From Eledone cirrhosa (Eukaryota), in NCBI GenBank assembly GCA_964016885.1, contig OZ024744.1, forward strand, positions 47,926,001 through 47,990,000: a DNA stretch of 64,000 bases, given 5' to 3'. Of this stretch, positions 1 through 13,700 are shown piece by piece; the first letter of the stretch is position 1; each line of letters begins with the position of its first letter. Position numbers and translations under genes: made by a program. Below the pieces are notes generated by a model. That model saw only the letters and a program-made list of their open reading frames with translations, was not told where the DNA came from and searched no databases.

Positions 1-3000
1 CATTAGACTATCAAAACCAGAACACCAACCACATCACATTAGACTATCAAGACCAGAACACCAACCACATTAGACTATCAAGACCAGAACACCAACCACA
101 TCACATTAGAATATCCAGACCAGAACACCAACCATATCACATTAGACTATCAAGACCTGAACACCAACAACATCACATTAGACTATCAAGACCAGAACAC
201 CAACAACATCACATTAGACTATCAAGACCAGAACACCAACCACATTAGACTATCAAGAACATAACACCAACAACATTAGACTATCAAGAACATAACACCA
301 ACCACATTAGACTATCAAGAACAGAACACCAACCACATTAGACTATCAAGAACAGAATACCAACCACATTAGACTATCAAGACCAGAACACCAACAACAT
401 CACATTAGCCTATCAAGAACAGAACACCAACCACATTAGACTATCAAGACCAGAACACCAACCACATTAGACTATCAAGACCAGAACACCAACCACATCA
501 CATTAGACTATCAAGACCAGAACACCAACCACATTAGACTATCAAGACCAGAACACCAACCACATCACATTAGAATATCAAGACCAGAACACCAATCACA
601 TCACATTAGACTATCAAGACCTGAACACCAACCACATCACATTAGACTATCAACACCAGAACACCAACAACATCACATTAGACTATCAAGACCAGAACAC
701 CAACCACATTAGACTATCAAGAACATAACACCAGCAACATTAGACTATCAAGACCATAACACCAACCACATTAGACTATCAAGAACAGAACACCAACCAC
801 ATTAGACTATCAAGACCAGAACACCAACAACAATAGACTATCAAGACCAGAACACCAACCACATTAGACTATCAAGAACAGAACACCAACCATATTAGAC
901 TATCAAGACCAGAACACCAACCACATTAGACTATCAAGAACAGAACACCAACCACATTAGACTATCAAGAACAGAACACCAACCACATTAGACTATCAAG
1001 ACCAGAACAACAACCACATTAGACTATCAAGACCAGAACACCAACCACATCACATTAGACTATCAAGACCAGAACACCAACCACATTAGACTATCAAGAC
1101 CAGAACACCAACCACATCACATTAGACTATCAAGACCAGAACACCAACCACATCACATTAGACTATCAAGACCTGAACACCAACCTCATCACATTAGACT
1201 ATCAAGACCAGAACACCAACAACATCACATTAGACTATCAAGACCAGAACACCAACCACATTAGACTATCAAGAACAGAACACCAACAACATTAGACTAT
1301 CAAGACCATAACACCAACCACATTAGACTATCAAGAACAGAACACCAACCACATTAGACTATCAAGACCAGAACACCAACAACAATAGACTATCAAGACC
1401 AGAACACCAACCACATTAGACTATCAAGAACAGAACACCAACCACATTAGACTATCAAGACCAGACCACCAACCACATTAGACTATCAAGAACAGAATAC
1501 CAACCACATTAGACTATCAAGAACAGAACACCAACCACATTAGACTATCAAGACCAGAACACCAACCACATCACATTAGCCTATCAAGAACAGAACACCA
1601 ACCACATTAGACTATCAAGACCAGAACACCAACCACATTAGACTATCAAAACCAGAACACCAACCACATCACATTAGACTATCAAGACCAGAACACCACC
1701 CACATTAGACTATCAAGACCAGAACACCAACCACATCACATTAGAATATCAAGACCAGAACACCAACCATATCACATTAGACTATCAAGACCTGAACACC
1801 AACCACATCACATTAGACTATCAAGACCAGAACACCAACAACATCACATTAGACTATCAAGACCAGAACACAAACCACATTAGACTATCAAGAACATAAC
1901 ACCAACAACATTAGACTATCAAGACCATAACACCCACCACATTAGACTATCTAGAACAGAATACCAACCACATTAGACTATCAAGACCAGAACACCAACA
2001 ACAATAGACTATCAAGACCAGAACACCAACCACATTAGACTATCAAGAACAGAACACCAACCACATTAGACTATCAAGACCAGAACACCAACCACATTAG
2101 ACTATCAAGAACAGAACACCAACCACACTAGACTATCAAGAACAGAACACCAACCACATTAGTCTATCAAGACCAGAACACCAACCACATCACATTAGCC
2201 TATCAAGAACAGAACACCAACCACATTAGACTATCAAGACCAGAACACCAACCACATTAGACTATCAAGACAAGAACACCAACCACATCACATTAGACTA
2301 TCAAGACTAGAACACCAACCACATCAGATTAGACTATCCTGACCAGAACACCAACCACATTAGACTATCAAGAACAGAACTCCAACCACATTACACTATC
2401 AAGACCAGAACACCAACCACATCACATTAGACTATCAAGACCAGAACACCAACCACATCACATTAGACTATCAAGACCAGAACACCAACCACATTAGACT
2501 ATCATGACCAGAACACCAACCACATTAGACTATCAAGACCATAACACCAACCACATCACATCAGACTATCAAGAGCAGAACACCAACCACATTAGACTAT
2601 CAAGACCAGAACACCAACCACATTAGACTATCAAGACCAGAACACCAACCACATTAGACTATCAAGACCAGAACACCAACCACATTAGACTATCAAGACC
2701 AGAACACCAACCACATTAGACTATCAAGACCAGAACACCAACCACATTAGACTATCAAGACCAGAACACCAACCACATTAGACTATCAAGACCAGAACAC
2801 CAACCACATTAGACTATCAAGACCAGAACACCAACCACATCACATAAGACTATCAAGACCAGAACATAAACCACATCACATTAGACTATCAAGACCAGAA
2901 CACCAACCACATCACATTAGACTATCAAGACCAGAACACCAACCACATCACATTAGACTATCAAGACCTGAACACCAACCACATCACATTAGACTATCAA

Positions 3001-5295
3001 GACCAGAACACCAACAACATCACATTAGACTATCAAGACCAGAACACCAACCACATTAGACTATCAAGAACAGAACACCAACAACATTAGACTATCAAGA
3101 CCATAACACCAACCACATTAGACTATCAAGAACAGAACACCAACCATATTAGACTATCAAGACCAGAACACCAACAACAATAGACTATCAAGACCAGAAC
3201 ACCAACCACATTAGACTATCAAGAACAGAACACCAACCACATTAGACTATCAAGACAAGAACACCAACCACATTAGAGTATCAAGAACAGAACACCAACC
3301 ACATTAGACTATCAAGAACAGAACACCAACCACATTAGACTATCAAGACCAGAACACCAACCACATCACATTAGCCTATCAAGAACAGAACACCAACCAC
3401 ATTAGACTATCAAGACCAGAACTCCAACCACATTAGACTATCAAAACCAGAACACCAACCACATCACATTAGACTATCAAGACCAGAACACCAACCACAT
3501 TAGACTATCAAGACCAGAACACCAACCACATCACATTAGAATATCCAGACCAGAACACCAACCATATCACATTAGACTATCAAGATCTGAACACCAACCA
3601 CATCACATTAGAATATCAAGACCAGAACACCAACAACATCACATTAGACTATCAAGACCAGAACACCAACCACATTAGACTATCAAGAACATAACACCAA
3701 CAACATTAGACTATCAAGACCAGAACACCAACAACATTAGACTATCAAGACCAGAACACCAACCACATTAGACTATCAAGAACAGAACACCAACCACATT
3801 AGACTATCAAGAACAGAACACCAACCACATTAGACTATCAAGACCAGAACACCAACAACATCACATTAGCCTATCAAGAACAGAACACCAACCACATTAG
3901 ACTATCAAGACCAGAACACCAACCACATTAGACTATCAAGGCCAGAACACCAACCACATCACATTAGACTATCAATACCAGAACACCAACCACATTAGAC
4001 TATCAAGACCAGAACACCAACCACATCACATTAGAATATCAAGACCAGAACACCAACCACATCACATTAGACTATCAAGACCTGAGCACCAACGACATCA
4101 CATTAGACTATCAACACCAGAACACCAACAACATCACATTAGACTATCAAGACCAGAACACCAACCACATTAGACTATCAAGAACATAACACCAGCAACA
4201 TTAGACTATCAAGACCATAACACCAACCACATTAGACTATCAAGAACAGAACACCAACCACATTAGACTATCAAGACCAGAACACCAACCACATTAGACT
4301 ATCAAGACCAGAACACCAACCACATCACATTAGACTATCAAGACCAGAACACCAACCACATCACATTAGACTATCAAGACCAGAACACCAACAACATCAC
4401 ATTACACTATCAAGACCAGAACACCAACCACATTAGACTATCAAGAACAGAACACCAACAACATTAGTCTATCAAGACCATAACACCAACCACATTAGAC
4501 TATCAAGAACAGAACACGAACCACATTAGACTATCAAGACCAGAACACCAACAACAATAGACTATCAAGACCAGAACACCAACCACATTAGAGTATCAAG
4601 AACAGAACACCAACCACATTAGACTATCAAGACCAGAACACCAACCACATTAGACTATCAAGAACAGAAAACCAACCACATTAGACTATCAAGAACAGAA
4701 CACCAACCACATTAGACTATCAAGACCAGAACACCAACCACATCACATTAGCCTATCAAGAACAGAACACCAACCACATTAGACTATCAAGACCAGAACA
4801 CCAACCACATTAGACTATCAAAACCAGAACACCAACCACATCACATTAGACTATCAAGACCAGAACAGCACCCACATTAGACTATCAAGACCAGAACACC
4901 AACCACATCACATTAGAATATCAAGACCAGAACACCAACCATATCACATTAGACTATCAAGACCTGAACACCAACCACATCACATTAGACTATCAAGACC
5001 AGAACACCAACAACATCACATTAGACTATCAAGACCAGAACACCAACCACATTAGACTATCAAGAACATAACACCAACAACATTAGACTATCAAGACCAT
5101 AACACCAACCACATTAGACTATCAAGAACAGAATACCAACCACATTAGACTATCAAGACCAGAACACCAACAACAAAAGACTATCAAGACCAGAACACCA
5201 ACCACATTAGACTATCAAGAACAGAACACCAACCACATTAGACTATCAAGACCAGAACACCAACCACATTAGACTATCAAGAACAGAACACCAAC
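1..5295 (+). repeat. Copy 1 of a 5482-bp-offset segmental duplication within the array (start lies at or before the window edge)
   Basis: Markers recur at exactly +5482: TCTAGA 1950/7432, GATTAGACTATCCTG 2327/7809, AGATCT 3583/9065, CAACAAAAGA 5171/10653. First mismatch is at 5296/10778. Confidence 0.93.
1172..1790 (+). repeat. Representative 19-monomer (619 bp = 13x31 + 6x36) higher-order repeat unit
   Basis: CCTGAAC marker at 1172 and 1791, and GCCTATC marker at 1579 and 2198, both 619 bp apart with conserved variant order. Shorter derivatives are 464 bp (156-620) and 552 bp (620-1172). Confidence 0.8.
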
Positions 5296-5482
5296 AACAT
5301 TAGACTATCAAGACCATAACACCAACCACATTAGACTATCAAGAACAGAACACCAACCACATTAGACTATCAAGACCAGAACACCAACCACAATAGGCTA
5401 TCAAGCCAGAACACCAACCACATTAGACTATCAATAACAGAACACCAACCACATTAGACTATCAAGACAAGAACACCAACCA

Positions 5483-8400
5483 CATTAGACTATCAAAACC
5501 AGAACACCAACCACATCACATTAGACTATCAAGACCAGAACACCAACCACATTAGACTATCAAGACCAGAACACCAACCACATCACATTAGAATATCCAG
5601 ACCAGAACACCAACCATATCACATTAGACTATCAAGACCTGAACACCAACAACATCACATTAGACTATCAAGACCAGAACACCAACAACATCACATTAGA
5701 CTATCAAGACCAGAACACCAACCACATTAGACTATCAAGAACATAACACCAACAACATTAGACTATCAAGAACATAACACCAACCACATTAGACTATCAA
5801 GAACAGAACACCAACCACATTAGACTATCAAGAACAGAATACCAACCACATTAGACTATCAAGACCAGAACACCAACAACATCACATTAGCCTATCAAGA
5901 ACAGAACACCAACCACATTAGACTATCAAGACCAGAACACCAACCACATTAGACTATCAAGACCAGAACACCAACCACATCACATTAGACTATCAAGACC
6001 AGAACACCAACCACATTAGACTATCAAGACCAGAACACCAACCACATCACATTAGAATATCAAGACCAGAACACCAATCACATCACATTAGACTATCAAG
6101 ACCTGAACACCAACCACATCACATTAGACTATCAACACCAGAACACCAACAACATCACATTAGACTATCAAGACCAGAACACCAACCACATTAGACTATC
6201 AAGAACATAACACCAGCAACATTAGACTATCAAGACCATAACACCAACCACATTAGACTATCAAGAACAGAACACCAACCACATTAGACTATCAAGACCA
6301 GAACACCAACAACAATAGACTATCAAGACCAGAACACCAACCACATTAGACTATCAAGAACAGAACACCAACCATATTAGACTATCAAGACCAGAACACC
6401 AACCACATTAGACTATCAAGAACAGAACACCAACCACATTAGACTATCAAGAACAGAACACCAACCACATTAGACTATCAAGACCAGAACAACAACCACA
6501 TTAGACTATCAAGACCAGAACACCAACCACATCACATTAGACTATCAAGACCAGAACACCAACCACATTAGACTATCAAGACCAGAACACCAACCACATC
6601 ACATTAGACTATCAAGACCAGAACACCAACCACATCACATTAGACTATCAAGACCTGAACACCAACCTCATCACATTAGACTATCAAGACCAGAACACCA
6701 ACAACATCACATTAGACTATCAAGACCAGAACACCAACCACATTAGACTATCAAGAACAGAACACCAACAACATTAGACTATCAAGACCATAACACCAAC
6801 CACATTAGACTATCAAGAACAGAACACCAACCACATTAGACTATCAAGACCAGAACACCAACAACAATAGACTATCAAGACCAGAACACCAACCACATTA
6901 GACTATCAAGAACAGAACACCAACCACATTAGACTATCAAGACCAGACCACCAACCACATTAGACTATCAAGAACAGAATACCAACCACATTAGACTATC
7001 AAGAACAGAACACCAACCACATTAGACTATCAAGACCAGAACACCAACCACATCACATTAGCCTATCAAGAACAGAACACCAACCACATTAGACTATCAA
7101 GACCAGAACACCAACCACATTAGACTATCAAAACCAGAACACCAACCACATCACATTAGACTATCAAGACCAGAACACCACCCACATTAGACTATCAAGA
7201 CCAGAACACCAACCACATCACATTAGAATATCAAGACCAGAACACCAACCATATCACATTAGACTATCAAGACCTGAACACCAACCACATCACATTAGAC
7301 TATCAAGACCAGAACACCAACAACATCACATTAGACTATCAAGACCAGAACACAAACCACATTAGACTATCAAGAACATAACACCAACAACATTAGACTA
7401 TCAAGACCATAACACCCACCACATTAGACTATCTAGAACAGAATACCAACCACATTAGACTATCAAGACCAGAACACCAACAACAATAGACTATCAAGAC
7501 CAGAACACCAACCACATTAGACTATCAAGAACAGAACACCAACCACATTAGACTATCAAGACCAGAACACCAACCACATTAGACTATCAAGAACAGAACA
7601 CCAACCACACTAGACTATCAAGAACAGAACACCAACCACATTAGTCTATCAAGACCAGAACACCAACCACATCACATTAGCCTATCAAGAACAGAACACC
7701 AACCACATTAGACTATCAAGACCAGAACACCAACCACATTAGACTATCAAGACAAGAACACCAACCACATCACATTAGACTATCAAGACTAGAACACCAA
7801 CCACATCAGATTAGACTATCCTGACCAGAACACCAACCACATTAGACTATCAAGAACAGAACTCCAACCACATTACACTATCAAGACCAGAACACCAACC
7901 ACATCACATTAGACTATCAAGACCAGAACACCAACCACATCACATTAGACTATCAAGACCAGAACACCAACCACATTAGACTATCATGACCAGAACACCA
8001 ACCACATTAGACTATCAAGACCATAACACCAACCACATCACATCAGACTATCAAGAGCAGAACACCAACCACATTAGACTATCAAGACCAGAACACCAAC
8101 CACATTAGACTATCAAGACCAGAACACCAACCACATTAGACTATCAAGACCAGAACACCAACCACATTAGACTATCAAGACCAGAACACCAACCACATTA
8201 GACTATCAAGACCAGAACACCAACCACATTAGACTATCAAGACCAGAACACCAACCACATTAGACTATCAAGACCAGAACACCAACCACATTAGACTATC
8301 AAGACCAGAACACCAACCACATCACATAAGACTATCAAGACCAGAACATAAACCACATCACATTAGACTATCAAGACCAGAACACCAACCACATCACATT

Positions 8401-10777
8401 AGACTATCAAGACCAGAACACCAACCACATCACATTAGACTATCAAGACCTGAACACCAACCACATCACATTAGACTATCAAGACCAGAACACCAACAAC
8501 ATCACATTAGACTATCAAGACCAGAACACCAACCACATTAGACTATCAAGAACAGAACACCAACAACATTAGACTATCAAGACCATAACACCAACCACAT
8601 TAGACTATCAAGAACAGAACACCAACCATATTAGACTATCAAGACCAGAACACCAACAACAATAGACTATCAAGACCAGAACACCAACCACATTAGACTA
8701 TCAAGAACAGAACACCAACCACATTAGACTATCAAGACAAGAACACCAACCACATTAGAGTATCAAGAACAGAACACCAACCACATTAGACTATCAAGAA
8801 CAGAACACCAACCACATTAGACTATCAAGACCAGAACACCAACCACATCACATTAGCCTATCAAGAACAGAACACCAACCACATTAGACTATCAAGACCA
8901 GAACTCCAACCACATTAGACTATCAAAACCAGAACACCAACCACATCACATTAGACTATCAAGACCAGAACACCAACCACATTAGACTATCAAGACCAGA
9001 ACACCAACCACATCACATTAGAATATCCAGACCAGAACACCAACCATATCACATTAGACTATCAAGATCTGAACACCAACCACATCACATTAGAATATCA
9101 AGACCAGAACACCAACAACATCACATTAGACTATCAAGACCAGAACACCAACCACATTAGACTATCAAGAACATAACACCAACAACATTAGACTATCAAG
9201 ACCAGAACACCAACAACATTAGACTATCAAGACCAGAACACCAACCACATTAGACTATCAAGAACAGAACACCAACCACATTAGACTATCAAGAACAGAA
9301 CACCAACCACATTAGACTATCAAGACCAGAACACCAACAACATCACATTAGCCTATCAAGAACAGAACACCAACCACATTAGACTATCAAGACCAGAACA
9401 CCAACCACATTAGACTATCAAGGCCAGAACACCAACCACATCACATTAGACTATCAATACCAGAACACCAACCACATTAGACTATCAAGACCAGAACACC
9501 AACCACATCACATTAGAATATCAAGACCAGAACACCAACCACATCACATTAGACTATCAAGACCTGAGCACCAACGACATCACATTAGACTATCAACACC
9601 AGAACACCAACAACATCACATTAGACTATCAAGACCAGAACACCAACCACATTAGACTATCAAGAACATAACACCAGCAACATTAGACTATCAAGACCAT
9701 AACACCAACCACATTAGACTATCAAGAACAGAACACCAACCACATTAGACTATCAAGACCAGAACACCAACCACATTAGACTATCAAGACCAGAACACCA
9801 ACCACATCACATTAGACTATCAAGACCAGAACACCAACCACATCACATTAGACTATCAAGACCAGAACACCAACAACATCACATTACACTATCAAGACCA
9901 GAACACCAACCACATTAGACTATCAAGAACAGAACACCAACAACATTAGTCTATCAAGACCATAACACCAACCACATTAGACTATCAAGAACAGAACACG
10001 AACCACATTAGACTATCAAGACCAGAACACCAACAACAATAGACTATCAAGACCAGAACACCAACCACATTAGAGTATCAAGAACAGAACACCAACCACA
10101 TTAGACTATCAAGACCAGAACACCAACCACATTAGACTATCAAGAACAGAAAACCAACCACATTAGACTATCAAGAACAGAACACCAACCACATTAGACT
10201 ATCAAGACCAGAACACCAACCACATCACATTAGCCTATCAAGAACAGAACACCAACCACATTAGACTATCAAGACCAGAACACCAACCACATTAGACTAT
10301 CAAAACCAGAACACCAACCACATCACATTAGACTATCAAGACCAGAACAGCACCCACATTAGACTATCAAGACCAGAACACCAACCACATCACATTAGAA
10401 TATCAAGACCAGAACACCAACCATATCACATTAGACTATCAAGACCTGAACACCAACCACATCACATTAGACTATCAAGACCAGAACACCAACAACATCA
10501 CATTAGACTATCAAGACCAGAACACCAACCACATTAGACTATCAAGAACATAACACCAACAACATTAGACTATCAAGACCATAACACCAACCACATTAGA
10601 CTATCAAGAACAGAATACCAACCACATTAGACTATCAAGACCAGAACACCAACAACAAAAGACTATCAAGACCAGAACACCAACCACATTAGACTATCAA
10701 GAACAGAACACCAACCACATTAGACTATCAAGACCAGAACACCAACCACATTAGACTATCAAGAACAGAACACCAAC
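5483..10777 (+). repeat. Copy 2 of the 5482-bp-offset duplication
   Basis: Begins CATTAGACTATCAAAACCAG at 5483, identical to position 1. The same private variants appear at a constant offset. Confidence 0.93.
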
Positions 10778-13700
10778 CACATTAGACTATCAAGAACAGA
10801 ACACCAAACACATTAGACTATCAAGACCAGAACACCAACCACATCACATTAGCCTATCAAGAACAGAACACCAACCACATTAGACTATCAAGACCAGAAC
10901 AACAACCACATTAGACTATCAAGACAAGAACACCAACCACATCACATTAGACTATCAAGACCAGAACACCAACCACATTAGACTATCAAGACCAGAACAC
11001 CAACCACATCACATTAGAATATCAAAACCAGAACACCAACCACATCACATTAGACTATCAAAACCTGAACACCAACCACATCACATTAGACTATCAGGAC
11101 CAGAACACCAACAACATCACATTAGACTATCAAGACCAGAACACCAACCACATTAGACTATCAAGAACAGAACACCAACAACATTAGACTATCAAGACCA
11201 TAACACCAACCACATTAGACTATCAAGAACAGAACACCAACCACATTAGACTATCAAGACCAGAACACCAACAACATTAGACTATCAAGACCAGAACACC
11301 AACCACATTAGACTATCAAGGACAGAACACCAACCATATTAGACTATCAAGACCAGAACACCAACCACATTAGACTATCAAGAACAGAACACCAACCACA
11401 TTAGACTATCAAGAACAGAACACCAACCACATTAGACTATCAAGACCAGAACACCAACCACATCACATTAGCCTATCAAGAACAGAACACCAACCACATT
11501 AGACTATCAAGACCAGAACACCAACCACATTAGACTATCAAGAACAGAACACAAACCACATTAGACTATCAAGACCAGAACACCAACCACATTAGACTAT
11601 CAAGACCAGAACACCAAACACATTACACTATCAAGAACAGAACACCAACCACATTAGACTATCAAGAACAGAACACCAACCACATTAGACTATCAAGAAC
11701 AGAACACCAACCACATTAGACTATCAAGACCAGAACACCAACCACATTAGACTATCAAGAACAGAACACCAACCACATTAGACTATCAAGAACAGAACAC
11801 CAACCACATTAGACTATCAAGAACAGAACACAAACCACATTAGACTATCAAGACCAGAACATTAACAACATCACATAGTCTATCAAGACCAGAACACCAA
11901 CAACATCACATTAGACTATCAAGACCAGAACACCACCCACATCACATTAGACTATCAAGACCAGAACACCAAACACATCACATTAGACTATCAAGACCAG
12001 AACACCAACCACATTAGACTACCAAGACCAGAACACCAACCACATCACATTGGACTATTAAGACCAGAACACCAACCACATTAGACTATCAAGACCAGAA
12101 CTCCAACCACATTAGACTATCAAGACCAGAACACCAACCACATCACATTAGACTATCAAGACCATAACACCAACCACATTAGACTATCAAGACCATAACA
12201 CCAACCACATTAGACTATCAAGACCAGAACAACAACTAGATCACATTAGACTATCAAGACCAGAACATCAACAATATCATTTTAGACTATCAAGACCAGA
12301 ACACCAACATCATCACATTAGACTATCAAGACCAGAACACCAACCACATCACATTAGACTATCAAGACCAGAACACCAACCACATCACATTAGACTATCA
12401 AGACCAGAACACCAACCACATCACATTAGACTATCAAGACGTGAACACCAACCACATTAGACTATCAAGACCAGAACACCAACCACATTAGACTATCAAG
12501 ACCAGAACACCAACCACATTAGACTATCAAGACCAGAACACCAACCACATCACATTAGACTATCAAGACCAGAACACCAACCACATTAGATTTCAAGACC
12601 AGAACACCAACCACATTATACTATCAAGACCAGAACACCAACCACATCACATTAGAATATCAAGACCAGAACACCAACCACATTAGACTATCAAGACCAG
12701 AACACCAACCACATCACATTAGACTATCAAGAACAGAACACCAACCACATCACATTAGACTATCAAGACCAGTACACCAACCACATCACATTAGACTATC
12801 AAGACCAGAACACCAACCACATCACATTAGACTATCAAGACGTGAACACCAACCACATTAGACTATCAAGACCAGAACACCAACAACATTAGACTATCAA
12901 GACCAGAACACCAACCACATTAGACTATCAAGACCAGAACACCAACCACATCACATTAGACTATCAAGACCAGAACACCAACAACATCACATTAGACTAT
13001 CAAGACCATAACACCAACCATATTAGACTATCAAGACCAGAACACCAACCACATCACATTAGACTATCAAGACCAGAACACCAACCACATTAGACTATCA
13101 AGACCAGAACACCAACCACATTAGACTATCAAGACCAGAACACCAACCACATCACATTAGAATATCAAGACCAGAACACCAACCACATTAGACTATCAAG
13201 ACCAGAACACCAACCACATCACATTAGACTAGCAAGACCAGAACACCAACCACATTAGACTATCAAGAACAGAACACCAACCACATTAGACTATCAAGAA
13301 CAGAACACCAACCACATTAGACTATCAATACCAGAACACCAACCACATCACATTAGACTATCAAGACCAGAACACTAACCACATTAGACTATCAAGACCA
13401 GAACACTAACAACATCACATAGTCTATCAAGACCAGAACACCAACAACATCACATTAGACTATAAAGACCAGAACACCAACAACATCACATTAGACTATC
13501 AAGACCAGAACACCACCCACATCACATTAGACTATCAAAACCAGAACACCAAACACATCACATAAGACTATCAAGACCAGAACACCAACCACATTAGACT
13601 ACCATGACCAGAACAACAACCACATCACATTAGACTATTAAGACCAGAACACCAACCACATCACATTAGACTATCAAGACCAGAACACCAACCACATTAG

